Assembly (NCBI GenBank): GCA_963765205.1
Contig: CAVXVB010000009.1
Span: 530,590 to 594,589 of the forward strand
Length of the DNA stretch: 64,000 bases
Direction: 5' to 3'
DNA from: an uncultured Verrucomicrobiae bacterium
GTDB taxonomy: Bacteria > Verrucomicrobiota > Verrucomicrobiia > Opitutales > JABDGR01
Part shown: in pieces, positions 27,324 through 37,432 of the stretch
Numbering within the stretch: the stretch's first letter is position 1
How the letters are laid out: every line of letters starts with the position of its first letter
Notes under the pieces: model-generated
Told to the model about the DNA's origin: nothing
Seen by the model: only the letters and a program-made list of their open reading frames with translations
Databases searched by the model: none
Position numbers and translations under genes: made by a program

Positions 27324-30300
27324 ATGGAAATCTTACTTTTTCTCCTCGGGCTGTTTTACCTCCTCGTCTTGCCGATTCTGGCCTTCATCGCCTTGGGCAA
27401 CACGAGCGGGATGGAGCGGCGGTTTCGCGGATTGGAAGATCGGTTGCGCGAACTGGAGAGAAAATTGCGTGAACAAAATAGCGCGGTTGCGGAGCCGTCC
27501 AAGTGCGCCGAGGCAAAACAACCGGTGGCCCCGCAGCCACCGCCGTTGGCGCTGCGGCCAGTAACCGTTCCGCCGGCCATAGCCGTTTCGCCATTGGTTG
27601 CCGCCAAAATCCACCCGCCGACTGCTCCCACCCACCCACCTGCGCCGGTGATGGCACCCGCGCCGATTCCGAGCGCAAGAATTCCGTTCCCGCAAGCCAA
27701 GGAAGCGCCGGGCGAGGAAAAGCCCAAAGACCCCGGTGCGGAAATCACGCTGGGTGCGCGCTGGGCCACGCGGCTGGGCAGCGGGTTTCTGGTCATCGCA
27801 GTGGTTTTCTTTGGGGTCTATATCAGCAAATTTTCCACCCCGGGCGTGCGGTTGCTCGAAGTGCTGGCGCTGGCGGCAGCGGTGACGGGCGCGGGAGTCT
27901 GGCTCGAACGGCAAGCGCGGGAATTCGGCGAGGCAGTGTTTGCGGGCGGGCTGGCAATTTTCTATTTTGCAGCGTTTGCGGCGCACGCCATCGCGGCGAT
28001 GCGGGTGATTCCCGAGCAAGCCATTGAGGAGGGGTTGGCCGTGCAATTTCTGGCCGTGGCGGCGATTGCGGTCATCGCGTGCTGGCGCAACCGGCCGCAG
28101 ATCGCCATGATGGCAGTGGCCCTCGGGATGCTTTCCTGCTTCTTCGCGCTGCACCGCGACCGGATGGAAATCTCACTCGGGGCGGCGCTGGGGCTGGCGG
28201 GGGCGGCGGCGGCACTGCGCGTGGCGCGCGGTTGGGTGTGGCCGCTGGCGCTGGGCTATGTGGGCGCGCAAATTTGCTATGCGGGTTCCATCCTCGTGTT
28301 GATGGGCTACACGCTGGAGAACTTTTTCCGGGGCGAATGGCTGAATGTGCCACTGCACCATTTGGCCGAAGAATTCGCGCCGTGGCCGGGGATCACGCTG
28401 GTTTTTCCGACCGCCTATTTTATTTTGCTGCTCGGCGCGGACCTCTGGGCCGAAAGACGGCAGCGCACGAACAGTCCCACGCTGCGCGGCGGTATCGTGC
28501 TGGTCGCCGCGATCTTGTATGGCTTGGGTGGGTGGTGGGGTGGGGCGGAGTTTGGCCACTCGTGGGACTCGACCAATTTGCTCGCGGCCGCGATCATTTG
28601 CCTCGGCGCGGGCGCGGTTTACCAATGGCGCAAGGACACACCGGAAATTTATGAAGTCCTCTACGCCGCGGCGGGGACGTGGGCCGCCATTTATTTAATC
28701 AACGAATACACGGGCTACATCCGCTGGCTGGCGCTGCTGCTGGAATGTTTTATCTTTGCCTGGCGCGCGCGGCGGCACGGCTCGAGTTTTGCCTGGGTTT
28801 GCCTCTATGGCGCCTGGGCGTGTTCTTTCGTGATGGCCTTTCACGATGCGGCCCAGTTAGCGGCGAGCGTGGACGCTTGGAACGCGGTGCGGCTGAAGTT
28901 TGCGCTCTGGCCGGTGGTGTCGCTGGCGTTGTGGGCGTGGCTGGAAAAAGCTCCGCGCGCGGTCCGCGAGGATGAACGCACCGGTTTGCTGATTGGCGGC
29001 TATGTGACGGCGGCCGGCACGGTCGCGCTGGGGTGGGCGGCGTGGATGGAGCCGGCGCAGACGTGGCTCTGGCTGGGCATCGCATCGGCGGCGCTAGTGG
29101 CGGGACTAGTGGGGAAATTGCGCACGGTCTGGCCGACGGTGTGGGGGACGCTTATTTTTTCGATGTGGCTGTATGCGCCGCCGGTTAACGCCGCGACGTT
29201 GGAAGTTGCTATGGTGCTCGCGGTGTTTAGCGCGAGTGTGCTGGGGTTGACAGCCCTGCTCCAAAGCCGCGCGGATTGGGAGCACAAACGGATACTGGCC
29301 GAATTTGGCGAAGTGGTAAGCCGTGACGACGAGAAGCATAACCGGCTGCCGACTAATATCGGCGAAGTGGTGGGCTTTTTATCGCTGCTTGCTGTTTGGA
29401 TTCGCGGCTTTTTCGCTTTGCCGCAGGGAGAGAATCATCTGGCCGTGGCCTTGACCGCGGCGGCGCTGGTGCTGGCCGCGCTCGCCTGGCGCGGGCCATG
29501 GCGCACGACGGGCGACCTCGCCTGGATTTGGGCCATGACCGGTTTAGTGGTTAGGGGTGGTGGACATTTTCAATTTCAGACGGTCGGCCCGGATCGCCTA
29601 TGCCTGATGATGGTGCTCGCGCTCGGCTGGCTCTGGGGCGCGCTGAGCCGAAAAGAAAAACCCGGCGTGTATATTCTTGGCCTCGACAAGACCGGGTTGA
29701 TCCTGCCGGGATTTTTGTTTGTCGGCTGGACGATGCTGGCAGTGCCGTGCGACGCCTCCGACTCGAACTGGGCGTTGTGGTTGGCCGGCAGCGCGGTGAG
29801 TTTTGCCTTGATTGGCCGGCGCGAATGGCTGCCTGGCGGCGGGGCGGCGGCGGTTTTGTTGAGTCTCGGCGCGTTTATCCGTGCCATCACTTTGAATATT
29901 CATGCGCTGGATGATTGCTGGGCGCCGGCGGCGGTAGGCGCGGCCTTTATTTTACAAGGCCTGATTCCCGACCGGCGCGTGAGCCAGGGTGGGGGTCGTC
30001 GGAGCATTAGCTTTTGCCTTTTTGTGATAGCGGCGGCCGCCCTCCTGGTTTTCGACTGGCCGGTGGCCGGCCTGCCCGGCGTGAACAGCCGGTATGTGAC
30101 GATGCTGTGGGCGGGCGCGGGCGCGGGCCGCGTTCATTGCGGGGCTGGCGGCGCGCTTGCGTGAGTATCGCTATATTGGCCTGGTTGGGCTGGCGGTGTG
30201 CGTGCCGCGGATGTTTGTCGTGGATATCACCGACCAATTTGGCCGCATTTTGGCGTTTGGCGCACTGGCGCTGGCGTTGCTGGCGATTGGATTTTCCTAC

Positions 30301-30378
30301 CACAAGCTGCGCGCGTGGCTGGTGGGGCGCGAGACCAGTGCGCCCGCCGCGCCGCCACCGGTGAAACCTGCAGCTTGA
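27324..30378 (+). pseudogene. DUF2339-type large polytopic membrane protein with a frame break near its 3' end
   Basis: N-terminal TM, coiled coil RFRGLEDRLRELERKLREQN, a Pro-rich linker and more than 20 TM segments. The family-typical tail REYRYIGLVGLAVCVPRMFVVDI is in ORF 30157..30378. It joins after a 1-nt shift within the GCGGGC repeats at 30111-30132. Confidence 0.7.
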
Positions 30379-30409
30379 ATTTTCCCCTAAACCCAAACCA
30401 CACAATCCC

Positions 30410-31996
30410 ATGCCTGCATCCCTGTTTGAAGCCGAAGACCGCCCGAAAGCCGAGGCCTTGTGCCGGCTGACGTGGTGCAACCCGTTTCACGACGAACGCG
30501 CCGCGCTCGAACGCCAGGCCCTCGGCGACGCTTGGAAAATGCCGCCGCCCGACGGCATGGACTGGGAGGACGGGCTGCCCGTCGCCGCCGGCAACCCCAA
30601 CACGGATGCGTTCGCGCCGCTGTCCAAGCGTCTCGTCAATGAGGCGCGGGAACGCCTGCGCCGCCGCACGCCGACCGCCAACGAGAGCGAAACCTACCGC
30701 GAGCTAGTCTTCTTCACGCTCTTTTACCAGTTCGTGGACGAATTCCACCGGCTTATCCGGCAGGCGCGTGAGCGCGGAGCGGCGCCGTTGCGCTGCGTGT
30801 TCTACGACCGTTTTCGCGCGGAGCTGGAGCGCCTCTGCCCGCCGGATGAGCCAGCTTTGCGCATGGAGACGCCGCCCGAGCGCGTCTTCGCAACGTTCTT
30901 CCAGGTGCGCCGCGCGTATGCGCACATTCACGAGTGCATCATCGGCTCCTCGGCGGAGTCGCGCCGGCTGCGCGCGCGGGTCTGGCAGTCCATCTTCACA
31001 CGCGACATGGCGCGGTTCGAGCGCGCGCTGATCGGGCGGATGGGGGACTTGATCACGCTCATCACCGGCCCGTCGGGTTCGGGCAAGGAATTGGTCGCGC
31101 GCGCCATCGGCTTGTCGCGCCATGTGCCCTTTGACGTGACGCGGCGGGAATTCGCGGAGGACTACCTGCGCGGATTTTATCCCATCAATCTCGCGGCGCT
31201 GTCGCCGACGCTGATCGAATCGGAATTGTTCGGCCACCGGCGCGGTTCCTTCACCGGCGCGCTCGGCGACCGCCTGGGTTATTTCGAGGTCTGCGGCGCA
31301 CACGGCACGGTGTTCCTCGACGAAATCGGCGAGACGGATTTGGGCATCCAGGTCAAACTTCTGCGCGTGCTGCAAACGCGCGTGTTCCAGCGCATCGGCG
31401 ACACGGAACCGCGCTCCTTCGCCGGGAAAATCCTGACCGCGACCAACCGCGACCTGGCGCACGAGATGCGCGCCGGGCGCTTTCGCGAAGACCTGTATTA
31501 TCGCCTCTGCGCCGACCATGTGCGCACGCCGGCCCTGTGCGAGATTTTGCGGGATGCGCCGGGCGAGTTGGCGACCTTGGTGCGGCACATCGCGGCGCGC
31601 GTGGCCGGTCCGGCGGAGGCCACGGCGTTGACCGACGAAGCCTGCACCGTGCTGCAACGCACGTTGCCGCCCGATTACGCGTGGCCCGGCAATTTCCGCG
31701 AACTCGAACAGGCGGTGCGGAATATTCTCGTGCATGGTGATTATATGCCGGAATCATCCAGCCCGGCTGCAGCCCCTTCGACCAACGGCGCGCCATCCAG
31801 CAACGGCCATGCTTCGCCGGAGTCGTTGGCCGCCGCCCTGGAAGCCGGCGAATGGACGGCCGACGAACTCCTGCGCCGCTACATCAGCCGGGTGCATCAC
31901 CTGTCCGGCAGCTACGAGGAAGCCGCCCGGCGACTGGGTGTGGATCGCCGCACGGTCAAGAAATACCTGCGGCAACCTGCGGCGATGACTCAATAG
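30410..31996 (+). CDS. sigma-54-dependent transcriptional activator (AAA+ EBP) with an unassigned N-terminal domain
   Basis: GPSGSGKELVARAIG (Walker A), ESELFGHRRGSFTGA (GAFTGA-type loop), VFLDEIGE, RFREDLYYRL, and a C-terminal HTH SYEEAARRLGVDRRTVKKYL. Confidence 0.9.
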   Translation: MPASLFEAEDRPKAEALCRLTWCNPFHDERAALERQALGDAWKMPPPDGMDWEDGLPVAAGNPNTDAFAPLSKRLVNEARERLRRRTPTANESETYRELVFFTLFYQFVDEFHRLIRQARERGAAPLRCVFYDRFRAELERLCPPDEPALRMETPPERVFATFFQVRRAYAHIHECIIGSSAESRRLRARVWQSIFTRDMARFERALIGRMGDLITLITGPSGSGKELVARAIGLSRHVPFDVTRREFAEDYLRGFYPINLAALSPTLIESELFGHRRGSFTGALGDRLGYFEVCGAHGTVFLDEIGETDLGIQVKLLRVLQTRVFQRIGDTEPRSFAGKILTATNRDLAHEMRAGRFREDLYYRLCADHVRTPALCEILRDAPGELATLVRHIAARVAGPAEATALTDEACTVLQRTLPPDYAWPGNFRELEQAVRNILVHGDYMPESSSPAAAPSTNGAPSSNGHASPESLAAALEAGEWTADELLRRYISRVHHLSGSYEEAARRLGVDRRTVKKYLRQPAAMTQ

Positions 31997-32312
31997 CGAT
32001 TGTTCCAAGTGTCCAGAATTTAATCGCGCCCAGCCCTGCCTGCTTAACCAATCTGCTGGCCCATTGCCATGACCAAAATACCCACCCCCATCCTCCAAAA
32101 AATCAGGTAATAAGCTATAAGGGCGCGTGGCGCATCGCCGATGAAGCTCGCAAGGCTATTTAAAAAATCGTCACTGTGCAGCTTCTCGGCTACACCACGA
32201 CCGGCGCGAAGCGATGATTGACGCCGGGGCGATGATGGGTAGAGTGAGGCGCGGTGCTTGGAATTCTTCACCAGCGCCTAACCAGGCTTTTCCAAGGGGA
32301 GAAACCGCCCAC

Positions 32313-32387
32313 GCTTCCGTAGTTCAATGGATAGAACACTGGCCTCCGAAGCCGGTGATCTGGGTTCAAGTCCCAGCGGGAGCACCA
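32313..32387 (+). tRNA. tRNA-Arg (anticodon CCG), CCA encoded
   Basis: A cloverleaf can be read: acceptor GCTTCCG/CGGGAGC, anticodon loop CTCCGAA, T-arm CTGGG-TTCAAGT-CCCAG, 3' ACCA. Confidence 0.9.
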
Positions 32388-32499
32388 CTTAAGCCACTGA
32401 CAGTAAAAGGTTTAAGTTTTGAGCGAAGTTAGGTTGCCCAGTTGACATGGCAACCTATCACTGGATTGGATCGGTACAAGCGAGTGGCAATTTTTAGCA

Positions 32500-32865
32500 A
32501 ATAGCGGCAACCATGACAAGGGCCGTGCCACACGCCAAGTTGAAGGCCAGATTCCGGCATCCTGTGCTTGACTGGCGGCCATCAGCTTCTCGGGCCAGTC
32601 TACCCGGGGTTATCCCGAGCACTTGGCACCTACCCATTGGACGCTGCAACCCAAGGTTCCCCCTCCTCCATGGGCTGTCGCTCGGCAACCTGGCTAGCCC
32701 CTGCGGGATTGTCCCGGGTGGGGTTCGCGTGGAACCGGCTGAGCAACGCGACTGGTCAGCGTAGCTAAGCTTGCCGTCCTTTCGCCCAAAGTCAAATGGC
32801 GTCTGCCAGCCAACTCGTAGCGAGGACGAGCCAGGACCCACGTGCAAACGATATTTCAAGTGGCG
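32500..32865 (-). ncRNA. candidate structured non-coding RNA of unknown class
   Basis: No protein-like ORF in any frame. Contains at least five local hairpins and a 9-bp long-range helix (32568-32576 with 32805-32813). That helix is fully paired only on the minus-strand transcript. Boundaries are approximate. Confidence 0.3.
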
Positions 32866-32907
32866 ATTATTTGGGACTTATTAGAAGTTAGAACAAGCTC
32901 AGGCCCG

Positions 32908-32944
32908 CCAACAAAAGCCCCCCGGCCCTTGCGGGCCGGGGGGC
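32908..32944 (-). terminator. intrinsic terminator of the 125-aa minus-strand gene
   Basis: 12-bp GC stem GCCCCCCGGCCC/GGGCCGGGGGGC with a TTGC loop (32917-32944), followed on the minus strand by CTTTTGTTGG. Confidence 0.75.
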
Positions 32945-32971
32945 CATTTGTGTGGCGGAGCCTCCGATCTC

Positions 32972-33349
32972 CTACACTATCTCACGAAGCGCCAGAAACG
33001 GCACTTGCAACTTGCCATTGAACACTTCCAGCTCGCCGAGCGTGGCTTCCACGCGCGAATTCAATTTCGCGTGGGTGAATGTTCCCTTGATGAGCTGTCC
33101 CCGCTCCCCGGGCACGCTGGGCGCCGGGAAACCCGCAGCGGGAAGTCGGACCAGTTGTTGAATTTCGAGGAGTCCGCTGGCCTCGCTATGCACCTCGTAG
33201 ACGAGGCGCACGTTATCGGTGGCCGGCCGGTCTCCCTTGGCGGCAAAGGGCGCTCGAAACGCCTTGGCGGTGAGAAGCACGCCACGCAGGAGGAGTCCGT
33301 TTGGGACTTCGAGAGGTTTCGGTAAACTATCAGGTGTTGGTTTATCCAT
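32972..33349 (-). CDS. hypothetical protein (125 aa)
   Basis: An ORF with ordinary amino-acid composition and its own strong terminator. I recognise no motif. Confidence 0.45.
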   Translation of the reverse strand: MDKPTPDSLPKPLEVPNGLLLRGVLLTAKAFRAPFAAKGDRPATDNVRLVYEVHSEASGLLEIQQLVRLPAAGFPAPSVPGERGQLIKGTFTHAKLNSRVEATLGELEVFNGKLQVPFLALREIV

Positions 33350-33685
33350 GACATTTGATTTCTATCGCTAGTGTCGACGTGGAGGACGCCGAAGCCTTCA
33401 TACGCCTGGAGTTTGAGAATTGTTCCAATCTCCCGGCGTAAAAGTTGTTTCCACGGCTGCCGGGTTTGCGCCGAGCGGACTTTTTCGCCGCATTTCACCG
33501 TGACGCGACTGGCCCAATCGGCCAGGCGCAGACGGGATCAGGCTGATGGTGCCCTTTTTTCCCTAACCAAGCTGACAGGGACACCTCGAATTTAATTGGC
33601 GTCCTTATTTTAGGCGCCACTTGCGCCTGCCCCATCGGATAGGTTCGACAGGCGGGGAAAATTCGCGTTGCCTTGCTGGACTCCC

Positions 33686-35122
33686 ATGAAGCCCTTCTAC
33701 GACCTGATTGTCATCGGTTCCGGCCCCGCCGGTGAAAAGGCCGCCGCCATGGCGGCGTTTTACGGTCACGCCGTCGCCCTCGTTGAAAAGGAGCCGCGCC
33801 TGGGCGGCGCCGGCACCAACACCGGCACGCTGCCGTCCAAAACGCTCAAGGAAACCGCCGTGTTCCTCTCGGGCTTCAATGACCGCGGCCTCTATGGGGT
33901 CGAGCGGCGGCCCGACCGCGCCGTCTGCGTCGAGGATTTGCTCTTTCGCAAAAACACCGTCACGTCCAAACAGGCGGACGACATTCGCAATCGGTTGGGC
34001 ACTTTGGGGGTCGAGGTTTTCCAGGGCGTTGGTGCGCTGGCGGACGCGCACACTGTCAAGGTCCAGCCCCCGGGCGGCGCGGCGGCGTTCATGCTCAAGG
34101 GCGAATTCATCCTCCTGGCGACTGGCTCGCGACCCTGGCACATACCGGGCGTGCCCTTTGATGGTTACCGCGTGCATGACTCGGACACAATTTTGGAAAT
34201 TGACCACATTCCCACCTCGATTGTCATTGTCGGCGCGGGCGTCATCGGCTGCGAATATGCCACGGTTTTCGCCGCCTTGGGGTCGAAAGTCTCGCTGGTC
34301 AACGGCCACGCGGAATTTCTGACTTTTATTGACGGCGAAATTCTGGCGATCTTGCGCCGGCAAATGCAAAACGAAGGCGTCACGTTTCTCATGCCCAACC
34401 GGGCGGAGGGGGTGACGGTTTGCGAGCGTGATGGCAAAAAAATCGTCACCGCCCACCTGGCGGATGGCGCGGAAATTGATGCCGACATGTTTCTTTACGC
34501 CGCCGGGCGGGTGGGCAACACCGATTCCCTCAACCTCGCCGCAGCCGGCCTCAAAGCGAGCGAACGCCAGACTATCGAGGTGAACGAGCAATACCGCACC
34601 GCCACGCCGAATATTTTCGCCGCGGGCGACCTGGTTGGTTTCCCGGCGCTCGCCTCCACGGGCACGGATCAGGGGCGGGTCGCCGTCACCCATATGTTCA
34701 ACTTGACCGGCTTGCAGAAATTGGACCAGGTTTTCCCGATGGGTGTTTACACCATCCCGGAAGTCACCTGTGCCGGGCTTACCGAAGAGGACGCCAAAAA
34801 GACAAACAGGCCCTACCTGGTCGGCCGCGCCTGGTATAAGGACACGCCGCGCGGGCGCATTATTGGCTCGCGCTTCGGCCTGCTCAAGCTCCTCGCCGAC
34901 CCCGACACGCTGGCCATCCTGGGCGTCCACATTGTCGGCCGCATCGCCACGGAATTGATCCACTTCGGCCTGCTGCTGGTCGAGGATCAGGTGTCCGCCA
35001 CGCGCGTCGCCTCGATGATCTACAACCAGCCGACCCTGCACGAAATGTATAAGCACGCCGCCTTTGACCTTGTGCGTCAGAAACAAGGCTTGCCATCCAT
35101 TAACGAGGCCCCCGCGCCTTGA
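33686..35122 (+). CDS. sthA: soluble pyridine nucleotide transhydrogenase
   Basis: YDLIVIGSGPAGEKAA, GGAGTNTGTLPSKTLKE, a second GAGVIGCEYA motif, and a flavoprotein disulfide-reductase-family C-terminus. Confidence 0.85.
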   Translation: MKPFYDLIVIGSGPAGEKAAAMAAFYGHAVALVEKEPRLGGAGTNTGTLPSKTLKETAVFLSGFNDRGLYGVERRPDRAVCVEDLLFRKNTVTSKQADDIRNRLGTLGVEVFQGVGALADAHTVKVQPPGGAAAFMLKGEFILLATGSRPWHIPGVPFDGYRVHDSDTILEIDHIPTSIVIVGAGVIGCEYATVFAALGSKVSLVNGHAEFLTFIDGEILAILRRQMQNEGVTFLMPNRAEGVTVCERDGKKIVTAHLADGAEIDADMFLYAAGRVGNTDSLNLAAAGLKASERQTIEVNEQYRTATPNIFAAGDLVGFPALASTGTDQGRVAVTHMFNLTGLQKLDQVFPMGVYTIPEVTCAGLTEEDAKKTNRPYLVGRAWYKDTPRGRIIGSRFGLLKLLADPDTLAILGVHIVGRIATELIHFGLLLVEDQVSATRVASMIYNQPTLHEMYKHAAFDLVRQKQGLPSINEAPAP

Positions 35123-35147
35123 TCCATTCCCCCCTAAAGAAACTCCC

Positions 35148-36167
35148 ATGCCCGACCCCGGACCACCCACTGCGGACGTGGCGGAGATTGCCCCGCAGGG
35201 TCGCAGTGGCGGCGCTGATTCCGCGCCGAAATTCGGCCGGCTGGCCCGGGTTTACGCCTGCCTTGAATACATCGCCTTTGGCCGCGAGTTGGAACGGGCG
35301 CGATTTTGTTTTTTGGAGCAGTTGCGCGAGTGCCGGGAGATTTTGCTGATCGGCGAGGGCGATGGCCGCTGTCTTGCGCGCCTGGTGGAAATTGCGCCGG
35401 CCGCGCGGCTGCATTGTGTGGATGCCAGTCCAGGCATGTTGACTCGCGCCGCCGCGCGACTCCGGCCGGTGGATCGCTCGCGGGTGACGTTTACCTGCGC
35501 GGACGCGCGGACGTGGCTGCCGTCTCCGCAAAGTTACGATGCCGTGGTCACCGCATTCTTTCTCGATTGCCTGACGCCGCAATCTGTCGCGGAGCTGGCG
35601 GCGCGGCTGCAGCCGGCGTTGCGGCCCGGCGCGCTTTGGCTGTTCGCCGATTTTGTGCTGCCGGAGTCCGGCTTCGCCCGCGGGCGCGCGCAGCTCTGGC
35701 TGTGGACCATGTATTTTTTCTTCCGCTGGCAAACCGGTCTGGCGGTGAAGGAATTGCCGCCCTCCGAAGAAATTTTGCGCGCCGCGGGCTGGCGGGAACG
35801 CGCCACCCGCGATTTTCATGGGGTCTTCGTGCGCGTGGTGCTTTTTGATCGGCGCCGGCTCCGCTGCCATAGTCGGCAAATTCAGATTGCATTTCTCTCC
35901 TCATTGGCAAAAATTCGATTTTTACCCTCAGCTCCCATTGGAGAATACCCCCATGTTGTTTCACTCATTCACGCGGCGCACCCTCGGCGCCTGCCTCGCC
36001 TTGTCAACTTGGATGAACGTGGCCCACGCCCAACCGCCATCCGCACCGGCGGCCACGCTGCCGCCCACTTCGTTCAAGTTTCAATTCGGCACCGACCAAG
36101 CCGCTCCCGGCTACACCCTGGTTCCCACCAATTCGGTTTATTCCAAGGACACAGGCTATGGTTTTGA
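35148..36167 (+). CDS. class I SAM-dependent methyltransferase, 3' end uncertain
   Basis: ILLIGEGDGRCL (motif I), DAVVTAFFLDCL and LRPGALWLFADF. The ORF runs about 215 nt into the next gene, so the stop may be lost or shifted. Confidence 0.6.
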   Translation: MPDPGPPTADVAEIAPQGRSGGADSAPKFGRLARVYACLEYIAFGRELERARFCFLEQLRECREILLIGEGDGRCLARLVEIAPAARLHCVDASPGMLTRAAARLRPVDRSRVTFTCADARTWLPSPQSYDAVVTAFFLDCLTPQSVAELAARLQPALRPGALWLFADFVLPESGFARGRAQLWLWTMYFFFRWQTGLAVKELPPSEEILRAAGWRERATRDFHGVFVRVVLFDRRRLRCHSRQIQIAFLSSLAKIRFLPSAPIGEYPHVVSLIHAAHPRRLPRLVNLDERGPRPTAIRTGGHAAAHFVQVSIRHRPSRSRLHPGSHQFGLFQGHRLWF

Positions 36168-37410
36168 GCCTGGCGCGCAAGTTAGCGCAGTTAATCAGGC
36201 GGACCCCAATCCCTTGCACCGCGGCGCCATTACGTCCAAGCAGCCTTATGCCTTCTCGGTGGCCGTGCCCGAAGGCAATTACCGGGTCACGGTGACCTTG
36301 GGCGACCCCCAGGCCGCCTCGGTTACCACCGTCAAAGCCGAAGCGCGCCGGTTGATGCTCGAAAGCGTTCACGCCGCCGCCGGCCAGTTTGCGACCCGCA
36401 CTTTTACCGTCAATGTCCGCAGTCCGAAAATTTCCACCGGCGGGGAGGTCAACCTCGACAGCCGGGAGATGAACCTGACAACGCATGTCGCCCTCGTCAA
36501 CGACTGGGATGACAAGCTCACCATTACTTTTAGCGATGCCCATCCCGCCTTGGCGACATTGGAAATTCAGAAAGTGGAAGATGCCGTGACGGTTTTTGTC
36601 CTGGGCGACTCGACGGTCGTGGACCAGCCCAGTGGCGGCAACAGTTGGGGCCAGATGCTGACCCGCTGGTTCAAGCCCGAGGTGGCCATCGCGAACCACG
36701 CCGAATCGGGTGAAACGCTCAAGGGCTTCCTCAAGGAACGCCGCTGGGAAAAAGTTTTGGACTCGATGAAGGCCGGCGACTATGTGCTGATTCAATTCGG
36801 CACCAACGATTCCAAAAAAAGCGGCCCCCAAAACATTTATCCCGGCCAGGATTTCTCCGAAACTTACGCCGCGGCCGACACCACTTATAAAGACCTGCTC
36901 AAGCAATACGTGGCGGATTTTCGCAAAAAAGGCGGCATCCCCATCATCGTTTCCCCGCCGGCCCGCCGCGGTGAAACCGCCAATTCCACGCTTGGCGCTT
37001 ATGCCGCCGCCGCGGGCGCCGCCGCCAAGGAGGTCAACGCGCCGTTCATTGACCTCAATGCCATGGGCATGGAGCTGAACAAGGCGCTCGGGCCCGACGC
37101 CACCCGCATGTATGGCGACCAAACCCACACGGTGGATTATGGCAGCTATATGTTCTCCCGTTGCATCACCCTCGGTATTAAACAGAGCGGCCTGCCACTG
37201 GCCAAATTCATCGTGGACGACTTTGGTGATTTCGACCCGAATCAACCGCATCCCACCCCCGCTGAATATACGGTGCCCGTGGATGCCGCCAATCGCGGCG
37301 GTGGCCGTGGTCCTCGCGCCGGTGGTGCGCGGGGTGGTGCTGCCAGCACGGATCCCGCCCCTGCGCCGGCGGCGGCGTCCGGCCCGGCGGCCACCACTGC
37401 GACGCAATAG
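35953..37410 (+). CDS. secreted SGNH/GDSL hydrolase, rhamnogalacturonan acetylesterase-like, with N-terminal beta domain
   Basis: Signal peptide MLFHSFTRRTLGACLALSTWMNVAHA. Also VFVLGDSTV, IQFGTNDS and DQTHT blocks. Confidence 0.8.
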   Translation: MLFHSFTRRTLGACLALSTWMNVAHAQPPSAPAATLPPTSFKFQFGTDQAAPGYTLVPTNSVYSKDTGYGFEPGAQVSAVNQADPNPLHRGAITSKQPYAFSVAVPEGNYRVTVTLGDPQAASVTTVKAEARRLMLESVHAAAGQFATRTFTVNVRSPKISTGGEVNLDSREMNLTTHVALVNDWDDKLTITFSDAHPALATLEIQKVEDAVTVFVLGDSTVVDQPSGGNSWGQMLTRWFKPEVAIANHAESGETLKGFLKERRWEKVLDSMKAGDYVLIQFGTNDSKKSGPQNIYPGQDFSETYAAADTTYKDLLKQYVADFRKKGGIPIIVSPPARRGETANSTLGAYAAAAGAAAKEVNAPFIDLNAMGMELNKALGPDATRMYGDQTHTVDYGSYMFSRCITLGIKQSGLPLAKFIVDDFGDFDPNQPHPTPAEYTVPVDAANRGGGRGPRAGGARGGAASTDPAPAPAAASGPAATTATQ

Positions 37411-37432
37411 ACCGCGCTGCTTAGATGCATTT

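Noticed and set aside
32500-32865. RNase P RNA or tmRNA identity for the structured tract next to the tRNA.
   Set aside because: On the minus strand, GAACCCCACCCGGGACAA, CCCCGGGUAGACUGG..GAG and ACAGGAUGCCGG loosely resemble RNase P conserved regions and occur in the right order. However, the universal GGAAAGUCCGG element and its P4 partner (CCGGCUUA) are absent, and the 5' half is far too short. For tmRNA, I found no alanine-ending tag ORF and no tRNA-like 3' end with CCA. The tract is left as unknown class.
33420-33560. Integrase fragment on the minus strand (LRLADWASRVTVKCGEKVRSA, loosely like LRWSDIDL..V..GKG.K.R).
   Set aside because: The match is short and weak, an in-frame stop lies just upstream, and no catalytic R/H/Y blocks are present. 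No direct repeat of the tRNA 3' end was found.
35818-35952. N-terminal extension of the esterase ORF.
   Set aside because: A canonical signal peptide starts at the internal ATG 35953. The extension overlaps the methyltransferase gene.
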